From assembly GCA_002269645.1 (NCBI GenBank), contig NIVC01000068.1, forward strand, positions 124,001 to 188,000: a stretch of DNA of 64,000 bases, written 5' to 3'. Below the pieces are notes generated by a model. It did no database searches, was not told where the DNA came from, and saw nothing but the letters and a program-made list of their open reading frames with translations. The stretch comes from Macrostomum lignano. Lineage: Eukaryota. Positions 12,850 to 25,719 of the stretch are shown here, piece by piece (the first letter of the stretch is position 1; the number at the start of each line of letters is the position of its first letter). A program made the translations under genes and the position numbers.

Positions 12850-13620
12850 ATTCCTCTCTCCTCTCCCTCTCTTCCTTTTCCTCAGTCTTCCTCCCTCTTT
12901 CCTCTCCCCTCTCCCTTCCTCTCCCCTCTCTCCTCTCCCTCTCCTTTCTCTGCCTCTCCCCCTCTTCCTCTTTCCTCTCCTCCCTCTCTCCCTCTTTCCT
13001 CTCCCTCTCTCCCTCTTTTCCTCTCCCTCTCTCCCTCTTTTCCTCTCCCCTCTCTCCCTCTTTCCCTCTCCCCTCTCTCCCTCTTTCCCTCTCCCCTCTC
13101 TCCCTCTTTTCCTCTCCCTCTCTCCCTCTTTTCCTCTCCCTCTCTCCCTCTTTCCCTCTCCCTCTCTCCCTCTTTTCCTCTCCCTCTCTCCCTCTTTCCC
13201 TCTCCCTCTCTCCCTCTTTCCCTCTCCCTCTCTCCCTCTTTTCCTCTCCCTCTCTCCCTCTTTCCTCTCCCTCTCTCCCTCTTTCCTCTCCCCTCTCTCC
13301 CTCTTTCCCTCTCCCCTCTCTCCCTCTTTTCCTCTCCCTCTCTCCCTCTTTCCCTCTCCCTCTCTCCCTCTTTTCCTCTCCCTCTCTCCCTCTTTCCTCT
13401 CCCTCTCTCCCTCTTTCCTCTACCCTCTCTCCCTCTTTCCTCTCCCTCTCTCCCTCTTTTCCTCTCCCTCTCTCCCTCTTTTCCTCTCCCCTCTCTCCCT
13501 CTTTCCCTCTCCCCTCTCTCCCCCTTTTCCTCTCCCTCTCTCCCTCTTTCCTCTACCCTCTCCTTCCCTCGCCTCTCCATTTTCCCTTTCTCCTCCCCCC
13601 TCTCCCTCACTCTCCCTGTC
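12850..13620. repeat. Polypyrimidine (CT-rich) low-complexity tract
   Basis: Almost only C/T; source of the spurious Ser/Leu/Pro and Arg/Glu/Gly ORFs. Confidence 0.95.
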
Positions 13621-14384
13621 TCCCTTTATCTGGCTTCACTGGCGCTTAATGAAAAAAAATCAGAAAGTGAACTTCATTTCCGCTTTTAAATTAAACTTGA
13701 ACTAAAGTTAATCGCGCCTTAACAACTCAATCGGTTTTTATTGTTGGCAGCCCTCTGTGTGATTAACTGTCACTAACAAGAAACTAACTGACACGTTATG
13801 TCTACTTTTATCAGTAGCAGTTGAGGCATGTACGAGTATCCCATATCAGCTTCCAGATGCTGGCAGATAAACTTGTATGATTGCAGATGTGCTTTTTTTA
13901 ATTTGCCTCGCTATGTAATTAGCAACTGCTTATGTCAACTCGATTATTTATATTTGTTTAATGCTTTCAATCCTTATTTATATGCATGCGTTGAACAAAA
14001 GCCAACCTATTAGTTCGAAAAAATTATTTATAGATGTTAATCTTAGCATTCTTGATTAGCCTTGTTTAAGAAATTATCCTAGTTTTAGTTCCTGTGCTTG
14101 CTATTTAAATATTTGTTTTTATATAAACGCCCCGTATGTATTCAATATATATTAATGACTGTCCATTATTTAACTACTTGCAATATGCAAGCCTGATTTC
14201 TAATTTCTTTTTGCAATTGTCGTCATTGATGCTGATTTTTAGTGATTTGTTTTATTCATTGATTTTGTAAGGTCTTTTTTATTATCTTGCGAAGTAACTA
14301 TTTATTTATATCTTGCAATCCATGTTATTATTAACGCTGATTGATAGTATGTTCTATATCTATTATAAGTATTAAAATAAATAG

Positions 14385-15052
14385 CTAATCTACTCTGTAT
14401 TTATCACAAATTAGAATGGATTGCTAATCTACTCTATATTTATCACAACTATTAGAATGGATTGCTAATCTACTCTATATTTGTGACAACTATTAGAATG
14501 GATTGCTAATCTGTTCTATAGATTTATGACAAATATTAGAATGGATTGCTAATCTACTCTATATCTATCACAAATGTTAGAAAGGATTGCTAATCTGTTC
14601 TACATATTTATGACAAATATTAGAATGGATTGCTAATCTGTTCTATATATTTATGACAAATATTAGAATGGATTGCTAATCTACTCTATATCTATCACAA
14701 ATGTTAGAATGGATTGCTAATCTGTTCTATATATTTATGACAAATATTAGAATGGATTGCTAATCTACTCTATATCTATCACAAATGTTAGAAAGGATTG
14801 CTAATCTGTTCTATATATTTATGACAAATATTAGAATGGATTGCTAATCTACTCTATATCTATCACAAATATTAGAATGGATTGCTAATCTACTCTATAT
14901 CTATCACAAATATTAGAATGGATTGCTAATCTACTCTATATCTATCACAAATGTTAGAATGGATAGCTAATCTACTCTATATTTATCACAAATGTTAGAA
15001 TGGATTGCTAATCTGTTCTATATACTAGGCAGGTTTTAATGGATTGCTAATC
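14385..15052. repeat. 41/43-bp minisatellite (TTAGAATGGATTGCTAATCT...)
   Basis: TTAGAATGG recurs at 41- and 43-bp spacing. Confidence 0.95.
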
Positions 15053-15587
15053 TATTGCGTGTCAGAATCATAACTTACCGCTGACATCTCAAGCGCAGAT
15101 AAATCAAATATATATTGTAAAACAAGTTTTTATTGACAAAAATACGTTGCAAATTTTTCTGACTGAAGCCTTTGATATTTTCGAGTTAGATAAGCTAATA
15201 AATCACTGCTTGTCAAGAGCAACCTGTTCTATGCAGCTGGCAGTTACAGGCTGAATTATTGATTAACAATGCTGCTCATAAATCTTAATCACGGAGACCA
15301 GCCTCTTTCTTGTCCTGAACGGGTGCCAGATTTATTCAATTCAAAGCATCTGGGACTTGGATGCATTTTCTGCGAAGAAAGATGTTTTTTTCTGTTAGAT
15401 GATTAAATCTCTAATTTATCCGAATCGTTATAGGAATATGGTGAGCGAGATTAGTGCGCAGGCAGGTGATAATTTGATGATGAATACTGATTTCTTTGAT
15501 TGGGCATCTCTGCAATCAATTATTGAAACTGTTTTTCTTATCTGGCTATTTATAATTTCATTTGTCTGACTGTCTGCGTCACTCACT

Positions 15588-16035
15588 CTGCATCTCTAAT
15601 CTCACTCTGAGTCTCTAATCTCTCAGTCGGAGTCTCTGATCTCTCACTCTGAGTCTCTAATCTCTCAGTCGGAGTCTCTGATCTCTCACTCTGAGTCTCT
15701 AATCTCTCTCACTTTAAATCTAATCTCTCAGTCTGAGTCTCTAATCTCTCGGTCTGAGTCTCTAATATCTCACTCTGAGTCTGTAATATCTCACTCTGAG
15801 TCTCTAATCTCCTCTGAGTCTATAATCTCTTACTCTGAGTCTATAATCTCACACTCTGAATCTCTAATCTCTCACTCTGAATCTCTAATCTCTCACTCTG
15901 AGTCTCTAATCTCACACTCTGAATCTCTAATATCTCACTCTGAGTCTCTAATCTCTCAGTCTGAGTCTCTAATCTCTCAGTCTGAGTATCTAATCTCAGT
16001 CTGAATCTCTAATCTCATACTCTGAATCTCTAATC
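15588..16035. repeat. 21-bp minisatellite (CTCTGAGTCTCTAATCTCTCA)
   Basis: TCTCTAAT at 21-bp spacing. Confidence 0.93.
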
Positions 16036-16507
16036 ACCTAGACTGCACTTGCATTCTCCATCACCCTCTCACTAATCCTATTCGGTATTAATATCTATTT
16101 ATAACTGTCCCATTATCAGCGAACTCTACCTAGCTCGCACATGTAGCTGTCAGCATCATATTTTTCATCTTGTTCGATTCGAAGTTTGTCAGAAAATAAG
16201 TGGCAGTCTGACTGCTGCTGCAAATATGGATCATTCAAAGCATTTGACCATGGCTTCACCTGGGCCAGGGCCGTCGCTAAAAGGCTTCTATGTGTCAGAT
16301 ATGATCCTGGAGTTGACAAAAACTAGTCATTTTTTCTTGTACATGTAGCTTAAAATTAACTGTGTTCTCGTCCGAGTGTGTATGGTGCCTGATGATAAAC
16401 TGCATTAGTTACTGCTAAATCATTGAGTCAGTTTTATTGCGCGAATGTACATATCGCTCAATGTACATTAACAGGCAGTCTATGGCATTGTGCTAACCAT
16501 CCTCTTA

Positions 16508-16644
16508 GGGCCGGTTCACATTACCACAAGTAGCTCTTTGGATCACATTTTGTTCAAATCAATTTGCACTTGGTTTAGGCCCGTTTTAATTTGATTTGAT
16601 CAATCTGTGACCCACAGAGCTACTTGTGGTAATGTGAACCAACC
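16508..16644. mobile_element. PIF/Harbinger-like MITE (137 bp)
   Basis: Perfect 25-bp inverted repeats GGTTCACATTACCACAAGTAGCTCT (16513-16537 and 16616-16640), extending imperfectly; TTA on both flanks (16505-7, 16645-7). Superfamily is inference. Confidence 0.75.
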
Positions 16645-16759
16645 TTAGGCTGCATGGGTTATGGATACTGTAAATGTATTTATATTTTCATTTTTATAGG
16701 TAGAGATGAGAGTTGAATCGAAGACACACTAAGGCAGGCAGATACTACGAGTATGTAAG

Positions 16760-17113
16760 ACAAACTGACACTGAGGCAGACGGACAGGCAAACAGTCAAA
16801 CGGACAGACAAGCAGACAGACACAGTAGACAGATAGCCAGACAGACAGCCAGACAGACAGACAGACACAGTAGACAGACAGCCAGACAGACAGACAAACA
16901 GACAGCCACAGTAGACAGACAGACAAACAGACAGACACAGTAGACAGACAGACAAACAGACAGACACAGTAGACAGACAGACAGCCAGCCAGACGGACAG
17001 ACAAACGGACAGACAAACAGACGGACACAGTAGACAGATGGACAAACAGACAGACACAGTAGACAGACAGCCAGATAGACAGACAGACAAACGGACAAAC
17101 AGACAGACACAGT

Positions 17114-17150
<37 letters not shown>

Positions 17151-17408
17151 CAGTAGACAGACAGCCAGACAGACACAGTAGACAGACAGACAGACAGACA
17201 CAGTAGACAGACAGACAGACAAACGGACAGACAAAAAGATAGACAGACAGACAGACAAACGGACAGACAGACAAACGGACAGATAAACAGACAGACAAAC
17301 AGACAGACGAACGGACAGACAAACAGATAGACAGACAGACAGACAAACAGACAGACAAACGGACAGATAAACAGACAGACAAACAGACAGACGAACGGAC
17401 AGACAAAC

Positions 17409-17453
<45 letters not shown>

Positions 17454-17686
17454 GCCTGACAGACAGACAGACAGACAGACAGACGAACGGACAGACAAAC
17501 AGATAGACAGACAGACAGACAAACAGACAGACAAACGGACAGACAAACGGACAGATAAACAGACAGACAAACGGACAGACAAAACAGACAGACAAACAGA
17601 TAGACAGACAGACAGACAAACAGACAGACAAACGGACAGACAAACGGACAGATAAACAGACAGACAAACGGACAGACAAACAGACC
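16760..17686. repeat. Degenerate (GACA)n microsatellite
   Basis: Direct reading. Confidence 0.95.
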
Positions 17687-18422
17687 ATGCAATTATCTGA
17701 TATTTAATATTGCTTTAGATAGACATGTACAGCTCGTACAAGAAATTAGTGCCAATAAAATTTTGAAACGCCAAAAGGTGTCTTTTGTTTTATTTAAGGG
17801 TTAAAGCATACAGATGTCAATAATTTGAGGGTTTTACACAGAAAATGAGTGTAGGTAAATACGCCTGTAGTGTAAAAATATTATTGCATGCGAAACCAGG
17901 TGGGCAGAACAATCAAGTGGCAGTTTTACTCCAACTCCCCACTCTCTCCTCACCAGCCTAAGCTGAAGCCTTATGACACAAAATGCACCAACTCCAGGTG
18001 AGACGAATCAATTGGTGATTTGATCATTTGGTGCTGAAATTTGAGAAAAGCTGCATCACTGGTTCCTCTAAAGGGTGGAAACTTTAACATTTGTTGCTGC
18101 TGGGTGCATGTACATAATGAGCAGTGAGCATTGCATGAGTATACATGACAAGAAATCGCGATAATACCGTAAGTCATTCTTCGTATAACTAGCCATCGCA
18201 TGGATGCTGCTGAGGAAGTGTAGTAATTTCTATTCCTTCTTCCATGAGCAAGCTGTGTCATAAGTCCCCAGGAAGCGACACTCAAAGTTGACGTCTTATC
18301 AGTTTATTATGATCCCAATCAGACAGAGTGAGAGGGTGGGCATTGAAAGCGTATTTTTTTAGAGAAAACCGACAATTTTTCTGAGTTGGGTCTACTGTAC
18401 TTTTGACTGTCCCAAATTGACT

Positions 18423-18640
18423 GCCTAACCTAGCCCTAAACCTGACCTAAAGCCCAACTCCCCTAACCCTAACCTGTCGGTAAACCTCACCCTTAACCTG
18501 AACCTTAACCTAAACCCTGATCTAAACCCCAACTCCAACCTAAAACCCAACCCTAACATAAAACCCAACCCTAGCCTGAAACCCAACCCCAATCTAACCT
18601 AAACCTAAACCACAACCTAAACCCCAACCCCAACCTAAAT
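18423..18640. repeat. Degenerate (CCTAAC/CCCTAA)-like interstitial repeat
   Basis: Run of CCTAAC, CCCTAA, CCCAAC, CCTAAA hexamer variants. Confidence 0.7.
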
Positions 18641-18825
18641 CATTGCCAGTCATAAGTCGGGGAAATGCTTCTGAGATTTCTAAGAAAGAATCGACAGGGT
18701 CACCATAGAAAAACCGCGTACAATCTCGTGGGCATAGTAGAAGCCACCCTGGGCTGTACATTTAAACAGATTGATTGAGTGCCGCAGTTGCTGACAATTT
18801 TCTACATAAAAAATCCAACTGGGTG

Positions 18826-19840
18826 TTAAACATCGGCTACGCTTTCAACCGTGTCCTGAGCCACCAGCAGCCGGTGCCGTTGGCTCTGCACCACCAGCAG
18901 GCCCTGCAGACTGTAGCCCTCCTCCTCCTCCCCATCTTCATCATCATCATCATTTTCCTGCTCGCCACGGCCTCTCCGTCGGCCTCGCCTTCGCCTTAGC
19001 CGGTTGAGAATCCTGGCCCGCAGGCAGCAGCCAGTGGCGACGCCGATGACACACACGGCCGCGGGCAGGGTCAGGAGCAGCACGGATGGGTGGATCGGCA
19101 GCGATGGGAATTTGCGAGGAAGCAGGGCGATGGCGAGCGCCAGTAGGATGGCAAAACTGATCAGGCTGATCCAGATATACCGGCTGGCGATTGACAGCTC
19201 CTGACGGTCTGTGTCGCTCAGCTGAAGCTGACGATCCGAGCGAAGGAGTCGGCAGCGGGTCAGGCGGGTCAGGACCGATCCGAGCCGGGAGGTCGGCTTG
19301 GTGTGAGCACCGGCGCTGGCGCTGCTGGGGCTCTGCTGTAGTTTGGAGGAGGGTTAGTTGATGAAGAGGGCGGTTTCTATGGCTGAATGCGGCGGTGTGG
19401 GGCGGATCTAGCTAGGGATGGGGGCGGATCTAGCCAGGGATGGGGGCGGATCCAGCTGGGGATGGGGGCGGATCTAGCTACGGATGGGGGCGGATCTAGC
19501 TACGGATGGGGGCGGATCTAGCCAGGGATGGGGGCGGATCCAGCTGGGGATGGGGGCGGATCTAGCTACGGATGGGGGCGGATCTAGCTACGGATGGGGG
19601 CGGATCTAGCCAGGGATGGGGGCGGATCTAGCTAGGGATGGGGGCAGATCTAGCTAGGAAGGGGTATTATGTCAGTAGATTCTGTCCTCGGGTCAAGACG
19701 CTGACACATCAGTCAGCTGAAGGACTAACAAGATACGCCACGCAGTCGCAGTTTGCCAATGCACTTACCTGTACCTTCACCTGTTCAACAATTAAATCAG
19801 CATTGCTTGCAGTCGTTGGTGGCGAGTTCAGATGCTCCAT
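18826..19840 (-). CDS. Unrecognised protein with two predicted TM helices, ~193 aa (2 exons; further upstream exon possible)
   Basis: Exon 19840-19769 (MEHLNSPP...VKVQ, CAG|gtaagt, phase 0) joins exon 19335-18826 (ctacag|CAG, phase 0), open throughout; hydrophobic YIWISLISFAILLALAIALL and VLLLTLPAAVCVIGVATGCCL, then Arg-rich and acidic tracts. Confidence 0.65.
19396..19657. repeat. 22-bp minisatellite (GATGGGGGCGGATCTAGCTACG), intronic
   Basis: TGGGGGCGG at 22-bp spacing. Confidence 0.93.
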
Positions 19841-20310
19841 GACATTCAGCTTAGTGATGTGGCAGCAAAGAATCAGATTGCTAATGGAGAACTCTCTTAT
19901 AGTGTATTGTGTATAGTGGAAATTTTCCTATCAATTTCCTATCATTCGCCTTGGGGCTAAGGAGGGTTCCCACCGTTTGTGTCTGTCTCTCTGTCTCTCT
20001 CTCCAGATGCCTACCCCTCCGTCTCTTTTCTCCCCTCTGATACGACAGAGCGGTGCAGTCAGCAGCGCATTTGCTAGATTCGCCACGCCACGTCCAAATG
20101 CACTGCCAGCGCATACCCCAGCCCTGGAGGTATGACAGCGCTGCTTCAGCCTGAGAGAGATGAGCTACTGAGCAATGCGACTCTGTCTCTGGCTGCCATG
20201 AGGCAAGCAAACATTCATGCTTTACAGTGCCGCATGGCAGATGAGAGTGAACTTATGGGAATGGATTTTTTTGCGACTCTGGGCTGACACGAGAGAACGA
20301 TACTGGACGG

Positions 20311-21122
20311 CAGACACTGAGGCAGACACTGAGGTAGACACTGAGACAGACACTGAGACAGACACTGAGGCAGACACTGAGGCAGACACTGAGGTAGACA
20401 CTGAGACAGACACTGAGACAGACACTGAGACAGACACTGAGACAGACACTGAGACAGACACTGAGACAGACACTGAGACAGACACTGAGACAGACACTGA
20501 GGCATACACTGAGACAGACACTGAGACAGACACTGAGACGGACACTGAGACGGACACTGAGACAGACACTGAGACAGACACTGAGACAGACACTGAGACA
20601 GACACTAAGACAGACACTGAGACAGACACTGAGACAGACACTGAGACAGACACTGAGACAGACACTGAGACAGACACTGAGACAGACACTGAGACAGACA
20701 CTGAGACAGACACTGAGACAGACACTGAGACGGACACTGAGACAGACACTGAGACAGACACTGAGACAGACACTGAGACAGACACTGAGACAGACACTAA
20801 GACAGACACTGAGACAGACACTGAGACAGACACTGAGACAGACACTGAGACAGACACTGAGACAGACACTGAGACAGACACTGAGACAGACACTGAGACA
20901 GACACTGAGACAGACACTGAGACAGACACTGAGACGGACACTGAGACAGACACTGAGACAGACACTGAGACAGACACTGAGACAGACACTGAGACAGACA
21001 CCAAGACAGACACTAAGACAGACACTGAGACAGACACTGAGACAGACACTGAGACAGACACTGAGACAGACACTGAGACAGACACTGAGACAGACACTGA
21101 GACAGACACTGAGACAGACACT
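20311..21122. repeat. 12-bp repeat (GACACTGAGACA)n
   Basis: Direct reading; explains TETD and SVSV ORFs. Confidence 0.97.
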
Positions 21123-21639
21123 ACATTGTCGAGTGATGGTCACAGGTCACAAACAGGCAATCCGCCCTATTTGAGTTCAGTAAGCTAAGATACGAGTTGA
21201 TGGTTGGAAAACTGATTAGAAGGGATAGAATTGTGGAGGGGGTTGTTGGACAGCGCAGATTGACAGAGACGTTGTCAGCAGCTATCTGTGCTCAGGTAGC
21301 AGCCAGGTACTGCATTTTTATTAGGAAGTTTGTTAAAGAAGGTGCTGTATTTTTGAACTTGTAGGTTCTTCTGTACGAAGCAGGCTGCATGTTATGCAAA
21401 GCCACTATGGCTCTTTTTTCTATGGCTGCATGCAGCCCCGGCTTTCCGCCCAAGTTACACTTGAACCCATTTTTTCTCTTGTCTGTCTCTCCGATAGGTT
21501 TCATAGCCAGTTTTTTTTTTATCAGAGATTCTAAGCAGTGCCGACAATTTGATTGACAGTCTCGCTTTGCTGGCTTTGCTTTTGTACCTTTTCTGTCGCA
21601 GTTATTGGCTAGAGAGGCTGAATCAGCTGCGCTGTCGGA

Positions 21640-23365
21640 GAGAGAGACTGACTGGAAGGTAAGAGGGAGAGGGGGAGACTGGAGGGGAAAGATGGAGATG
21701 GTTATAGACTGGAGGAGGGTAAGAAGGAGAGGGTTAGACGGAAGAGTAAGAGGGAGAGGGAACATTGGAGAGTAAGAGAGAGAGAGAGGGGAGACTGGAG
21801 GGTAAGAGGGAAGACTGGAGGGTAAGAGGGGAGACTGGAGGGTAAGAGGGGAGACTGGAGGGTAAGAAAGGAGACTGGAGGGTAAGAGGGGAGACTGAAG
21901 GGTAAGAGGGGAGACTGGAGGGTAAAAGGGGAGACTGGAGGGTAAGAGGGGAGACTGGAGGGTAAGAGGGGAGACTGGAGGGTAAGAGGGGAGACTAAAG
22001 GGTAAGAAAGGAGACTGGAGGGTAAGAGGGGAGACTGGAGGGTAAGAGGGGAGACTGGAGGGTAAGAGGGGAGGCTGGAGGGTAAGAGGGGAGACTGGAG
22101 GGTAAGAGGGGAGACTAAAGGGTAAGAGGGGAGACTAAAGGGTAAGAAAGGAGACTGGAGGGTAAGAGGGAGACTGGAGGGTAAGAGGGGAGACTGGAGG
22201 GTAAGAGGGGAGGCTGGAGGGTAAGAGGGGAGACTGGAGGGTAAGAGGGGAGACTAAAGGGTAAGAGGGGAGACTAAAGGGTAAGAAAGGAGACTGGAGG
22301 GTAAGAGGGGAGACTGGAGGGTAAGAGGGGAGACTGGAGGGTAAGAGGGGAGACTGGAGGGTAAGAGGGGAGACTGGAGGGTAAAAGGGGATACTGGAGG
22401 GTAAGAGGGGAGACTGGAGGGTAAGAGGGGAGACTAAAGGGTAAGAGGGGAGACTAAAGGGTAAGAAAGGAGACTGGAGGGTAAGAGGGGAGACTGGAGG
22501 GTAAGAGGGGAGACTGGAGGGTAAGAGGGGAGACTGGAGGGTAAGAAAGGAGACTGGAGGGTAAGAGGGGAGACTGAAGGGTAAGAGGGGAGACTGGAGG
22601 GTAAAAGGGGAGACTGGAGGGTAAGAGGGGAGACTGGAGGGTAAGAGGGGAGACTGGAGGGTAAGAGGGGAGACTAAATGGTAAGAAAGGAGACTGGAGG
22701 GTAAGAGGGGAGACTGAAGGGTAAGAGGGGAGACTGGAGGGTAAGAGGGGAGACTGGAGGGTAAGAGGGGAGACTGGAGGGTAAGAGGGGAGACTAAAGG
22801 GTAAGAAAGGAGACTGGAGGGTAAGAGGGGAGACTGGAGGGTAAGAGGGGAGACTAAAGGGTAAGAAAGGAGACTGGAGGGTAAGAGGGGAGACTGAAGG
22901 GTAAGAGGGGAGACTGGAGGGTAAGAGGGGAGACTGGAGGGTAAGAAAGGAGACTGGAGGGTAAGAGGGGAGACTGAAGGGTAAGAGGGGAGACTGGAGG
23001 GTAAAAGGGGAGACTGGAGGGTAAGAGGGAGACTGGAGGGTAAGAGGGGAGACTGGAGGGTAAGAGGGGAGACTAAAGGGTAAGAAAGGAGACTGGAGGG
23101 TAAGAGGGGAGACTGAAGGGTAAGAGGGGAGACTGGAGGGTAAGAGGGGAGACTGGAGGGTAAGAGGGGAGACTGGAGGGTAAGAGGGGAGACTAAAGGG
23201 TAAGAAAGGAGACTGGAGGGTAAGAGGGGAGACTGGAGGGTAAAAGGGGAGACTGAAGGGTAAAAGGGGAGACTGGAGGGTAAGAGGGGAGACTGGAGGG
23301 TAAGAGGGGAGACTGGAGGGTAAGAGGGGAGACTGGAGGGTAAGAGGGGAGACTGGAGGGTAGGA
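21640..23365. repeat. 20-bp purine-rich minisatellite (GAGACTGGAGGGTAAGAGGG)
   Basis: Three units per 60-nt line; about 80 units. Confidence 0.97.
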
Positions 23366-24136
23366 GGGAAGTGCGGAAGAGTTTTAACTATTTGTAGTGA
23401 GCTTAGTGAGTGAACAGCTCTCATTATTTATTTTCTAAATTTTATTTTCTCTAACTTTTTCTGTGACATTACTGGCAGTAGCACTTTAGACAAGCATATT
23501 AACTACAAGCATTATGCATTATGCGATGCCAGCCGCAAATCAGTAAAATTTTTGGCAAAAGTAATCTTCTAATCTCTTCAAGCGATTTTTCCCGACGATT
23601 TTGTCTATGGCAAAACCACTTTGATTCAATGTTTCCAAAATACGAGTGTTTCGAAGTTTGATTCTGTAGAGTTGCATATTAATCTGAGACGAAATTCGCA
23701 AGTCGGAAAGATGAGATTTTAAGAATTTTGTTGGTCAAACTGTCACAGATTAGCAATTGATTTATAATCCGAAATTTGGCTAATCCGATTGAGCAGCAAT
23801 CAACTCAATCAGGCTAAGCATTCAGCACCCAGCGGGAAAATCCTTCCGGCCTTTAATTCTCAAATTGCCCATAATCTCGATAAAATCCTGCATATCTCGT
23901 TAAGTGCCGTAGGGATCAGGAAGGATTATGTAGAAAACTTCGACTACTATGCAGTCAATTCAATTAGCTTCATCAGCGCGGCAGCTGAGCAGTGGACAAT
24001 TATTAATTAGCGAAGTTCTTGCAATTAAATAAAATACAGAAATGTGGGAGATTTTTTTCGAAGAAGCCTCGTCAATAAGGTCAATGCGCTGGGACTCTGC
24101 AGGCTTCACATTTGCCTTTATTTACAAAAAGTTCCC

Positions 24137-24705
24137 AACTTGTGAAGCTTCGAACTTGTGAAGTTTAAAACTTGTGAAGCTTCGAACTTGTGAAGTTTAA
24201 AACTTGTGAAGCTTCGAACTTGTGAAGTTTAAAACTTGTGAAGCTTCGAACTTGTGAAGTTTAAAACTTGTGAAGCTTCGAACTTGTGAAGTTTAAAACT
24301 TGTGAAGCTTCGAACTTGTGAAGTTTAAAACTTGTGAAGCTTCGAACTTGTGAAGTTTAAAACTTGTGAAGCTTCGAACTTGTGAAGTTTAAAACTTGTG
24401 AAGCTTCGAACTTGTGAAGTTTAAAACTTGTGAAGTTTCGAACTTGTGAAGTTTAAAACTTGTGAAGCTTCGAACTTGTGAAGTTTAAAACTTGTGAAGC
24501 TTCGAACTTGTGAAGTTTAAAACTTGTGAAGCTTCGAACTTGTGAAGTTTAAAACTTGTGAAGCTTCGAACTTGTGAAGTTTAAAACTTGTGAAGCTTCG
24601 AACTTGTGAAGTTAAAAACTTGTGAAGTTTCGAACTTGTGAAGTTTAAAACTTGTGAAGCTTCGAACTTGTGAAGTTTAAAACTTGTGAAGCTTCGAACT
24701 TGTGA
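24137..24705. repeat. 32-bp minisatellite (dimer of 16-mers; AACTTGTGAAGCTTCGAACTTGTGAAGTTTAA)
   Basis: AAGCTTCG at 32-bp spacing. Confidence 0.96.
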
Positions 24706-24874
24706 AAGTGACACAAGTGGAGATGTAAGTTTTTCTAAGAATGAAATGTAAGACGGGTATTTTCAGGTCCTCAAGTGAACTTCCATACAGCAGATGTTTA
24801 TATACGCTAAGACATAGTAAGCTTTCACTGCACTACATACAGCTCATTTCTCAGAATAGTAGATTTTTTATCTA

Positions 24875-25705
24875 CGAGGGGTGCTCCGAAAGTTTTGAGA
24901 CTTTTTGCCCTAGCAAACGAACACAGTCACTCGGAGTCTTCAAAAATTGTCACACTTCTCGACGTAGTCCCCCTTCAAGTCGACATACTTCTTCCAACGC
25001 AGCACGAGCTTGCGAAGGCCGTCATCAAAGAAGCTTCTTGGTGTAGTATCCAGCAACCTGTTCAGCGCACGTTTCACCAGGCTGGTGAAATGGTGACCAC
25101 GGAGTGATTTTTTCATTGGTCAGAAGAGGTGATAGTCGCTGGGTGCCAAATCTGGTGAATAGGCAGGGTGTGGAAGAGCAGTTCCCAGCGCAGATTGCCG
25201 ACTGTGCTCACAGTGTGCCTGGCAGTGTGAGGCCAGGCATTGTCGTGCTGAAGGAGTGGCCGACAGTGCAGCTTTCCAGGCCGCTTTTCAGCAAGTTTTT
25301 GGCGAAGCGGCCCACTCAGCCCTTCGGTGTCCCAAAAGACAGTGACCATTGTCTTCCCCGAAGATGGAGCATCACGGGCCTTGACTGGGTGACCTTCTGG
25401 CCTGCGCCACTCATCGTCACCAAAGACAGCTTGCAGGCGGCGGGCGATTTCGGCTGGCTTCGTCCCTTCCTTCGAGAGGAAGAACACGGTGGCTCGTTGG
25501 GAATTTTTGGCAGTTTGCATGTCGGCTGAAAAGGTAGCTTACGGAATTTAGCGTAGCTGGGCAGTCGCTGCTTCAAACTAGTTGATATTTGATGCGAAGT
25601 ACAATGGTATGTTGATGTACGAGCGTGTAAGTGTGTCAAGTTTCAAAGCAATGACATGAAGCGCCTGAATTTTATGTCAAAAAGTCTCAGAACTTTCGGA
25701 ACACC
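24875..25705 (-). mobile_element. Internally deleted, non-autonomous mariner (IS630-Tc1-mariner) element
   Basis: Left end TA|CGAGGGGTGCTCCGAAAGTTTTGAGACTTTTTG; right TIR 25678-25705 matches 26/28 but lacks its outer tip. Minus-strand remnants QRATVFFLSKEGTKPAEIARRL, GKTMVTVFWDTEG, HDNAWPH, then frameshifted HPAYSPDLAPSDYHLF*. Confidence 0.92.
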
Positions 25706-25719
25706 ATGATTTCAGAATA

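Noticed and set aside
12791-13705. 240-300 aa ORFs rich in Ser/Leu/Pro or Arg/Glu/Gly
   Set aside because: Translations of a CT-rich tract, open in several frames and both strands.
16680-17692. Cys-rich SVCL ORFs (also 36913-39215 and 45010-46678)
   Set aside because: Translations of (GACA)n, not metallothionein-like proteins.
20007-20290. Possible + strand coding exons (MPTPPSLF...PALE; MTALLQPERDELL...FFATLG)
   Set aside because: No consistent splice model or homology; kept only as a possible host for exon 21602-21658.
21292-21765. 157-aa minus-strand ORF
   Set aside because: Starts in repeat sequence; no usable donor and no recognisable family.
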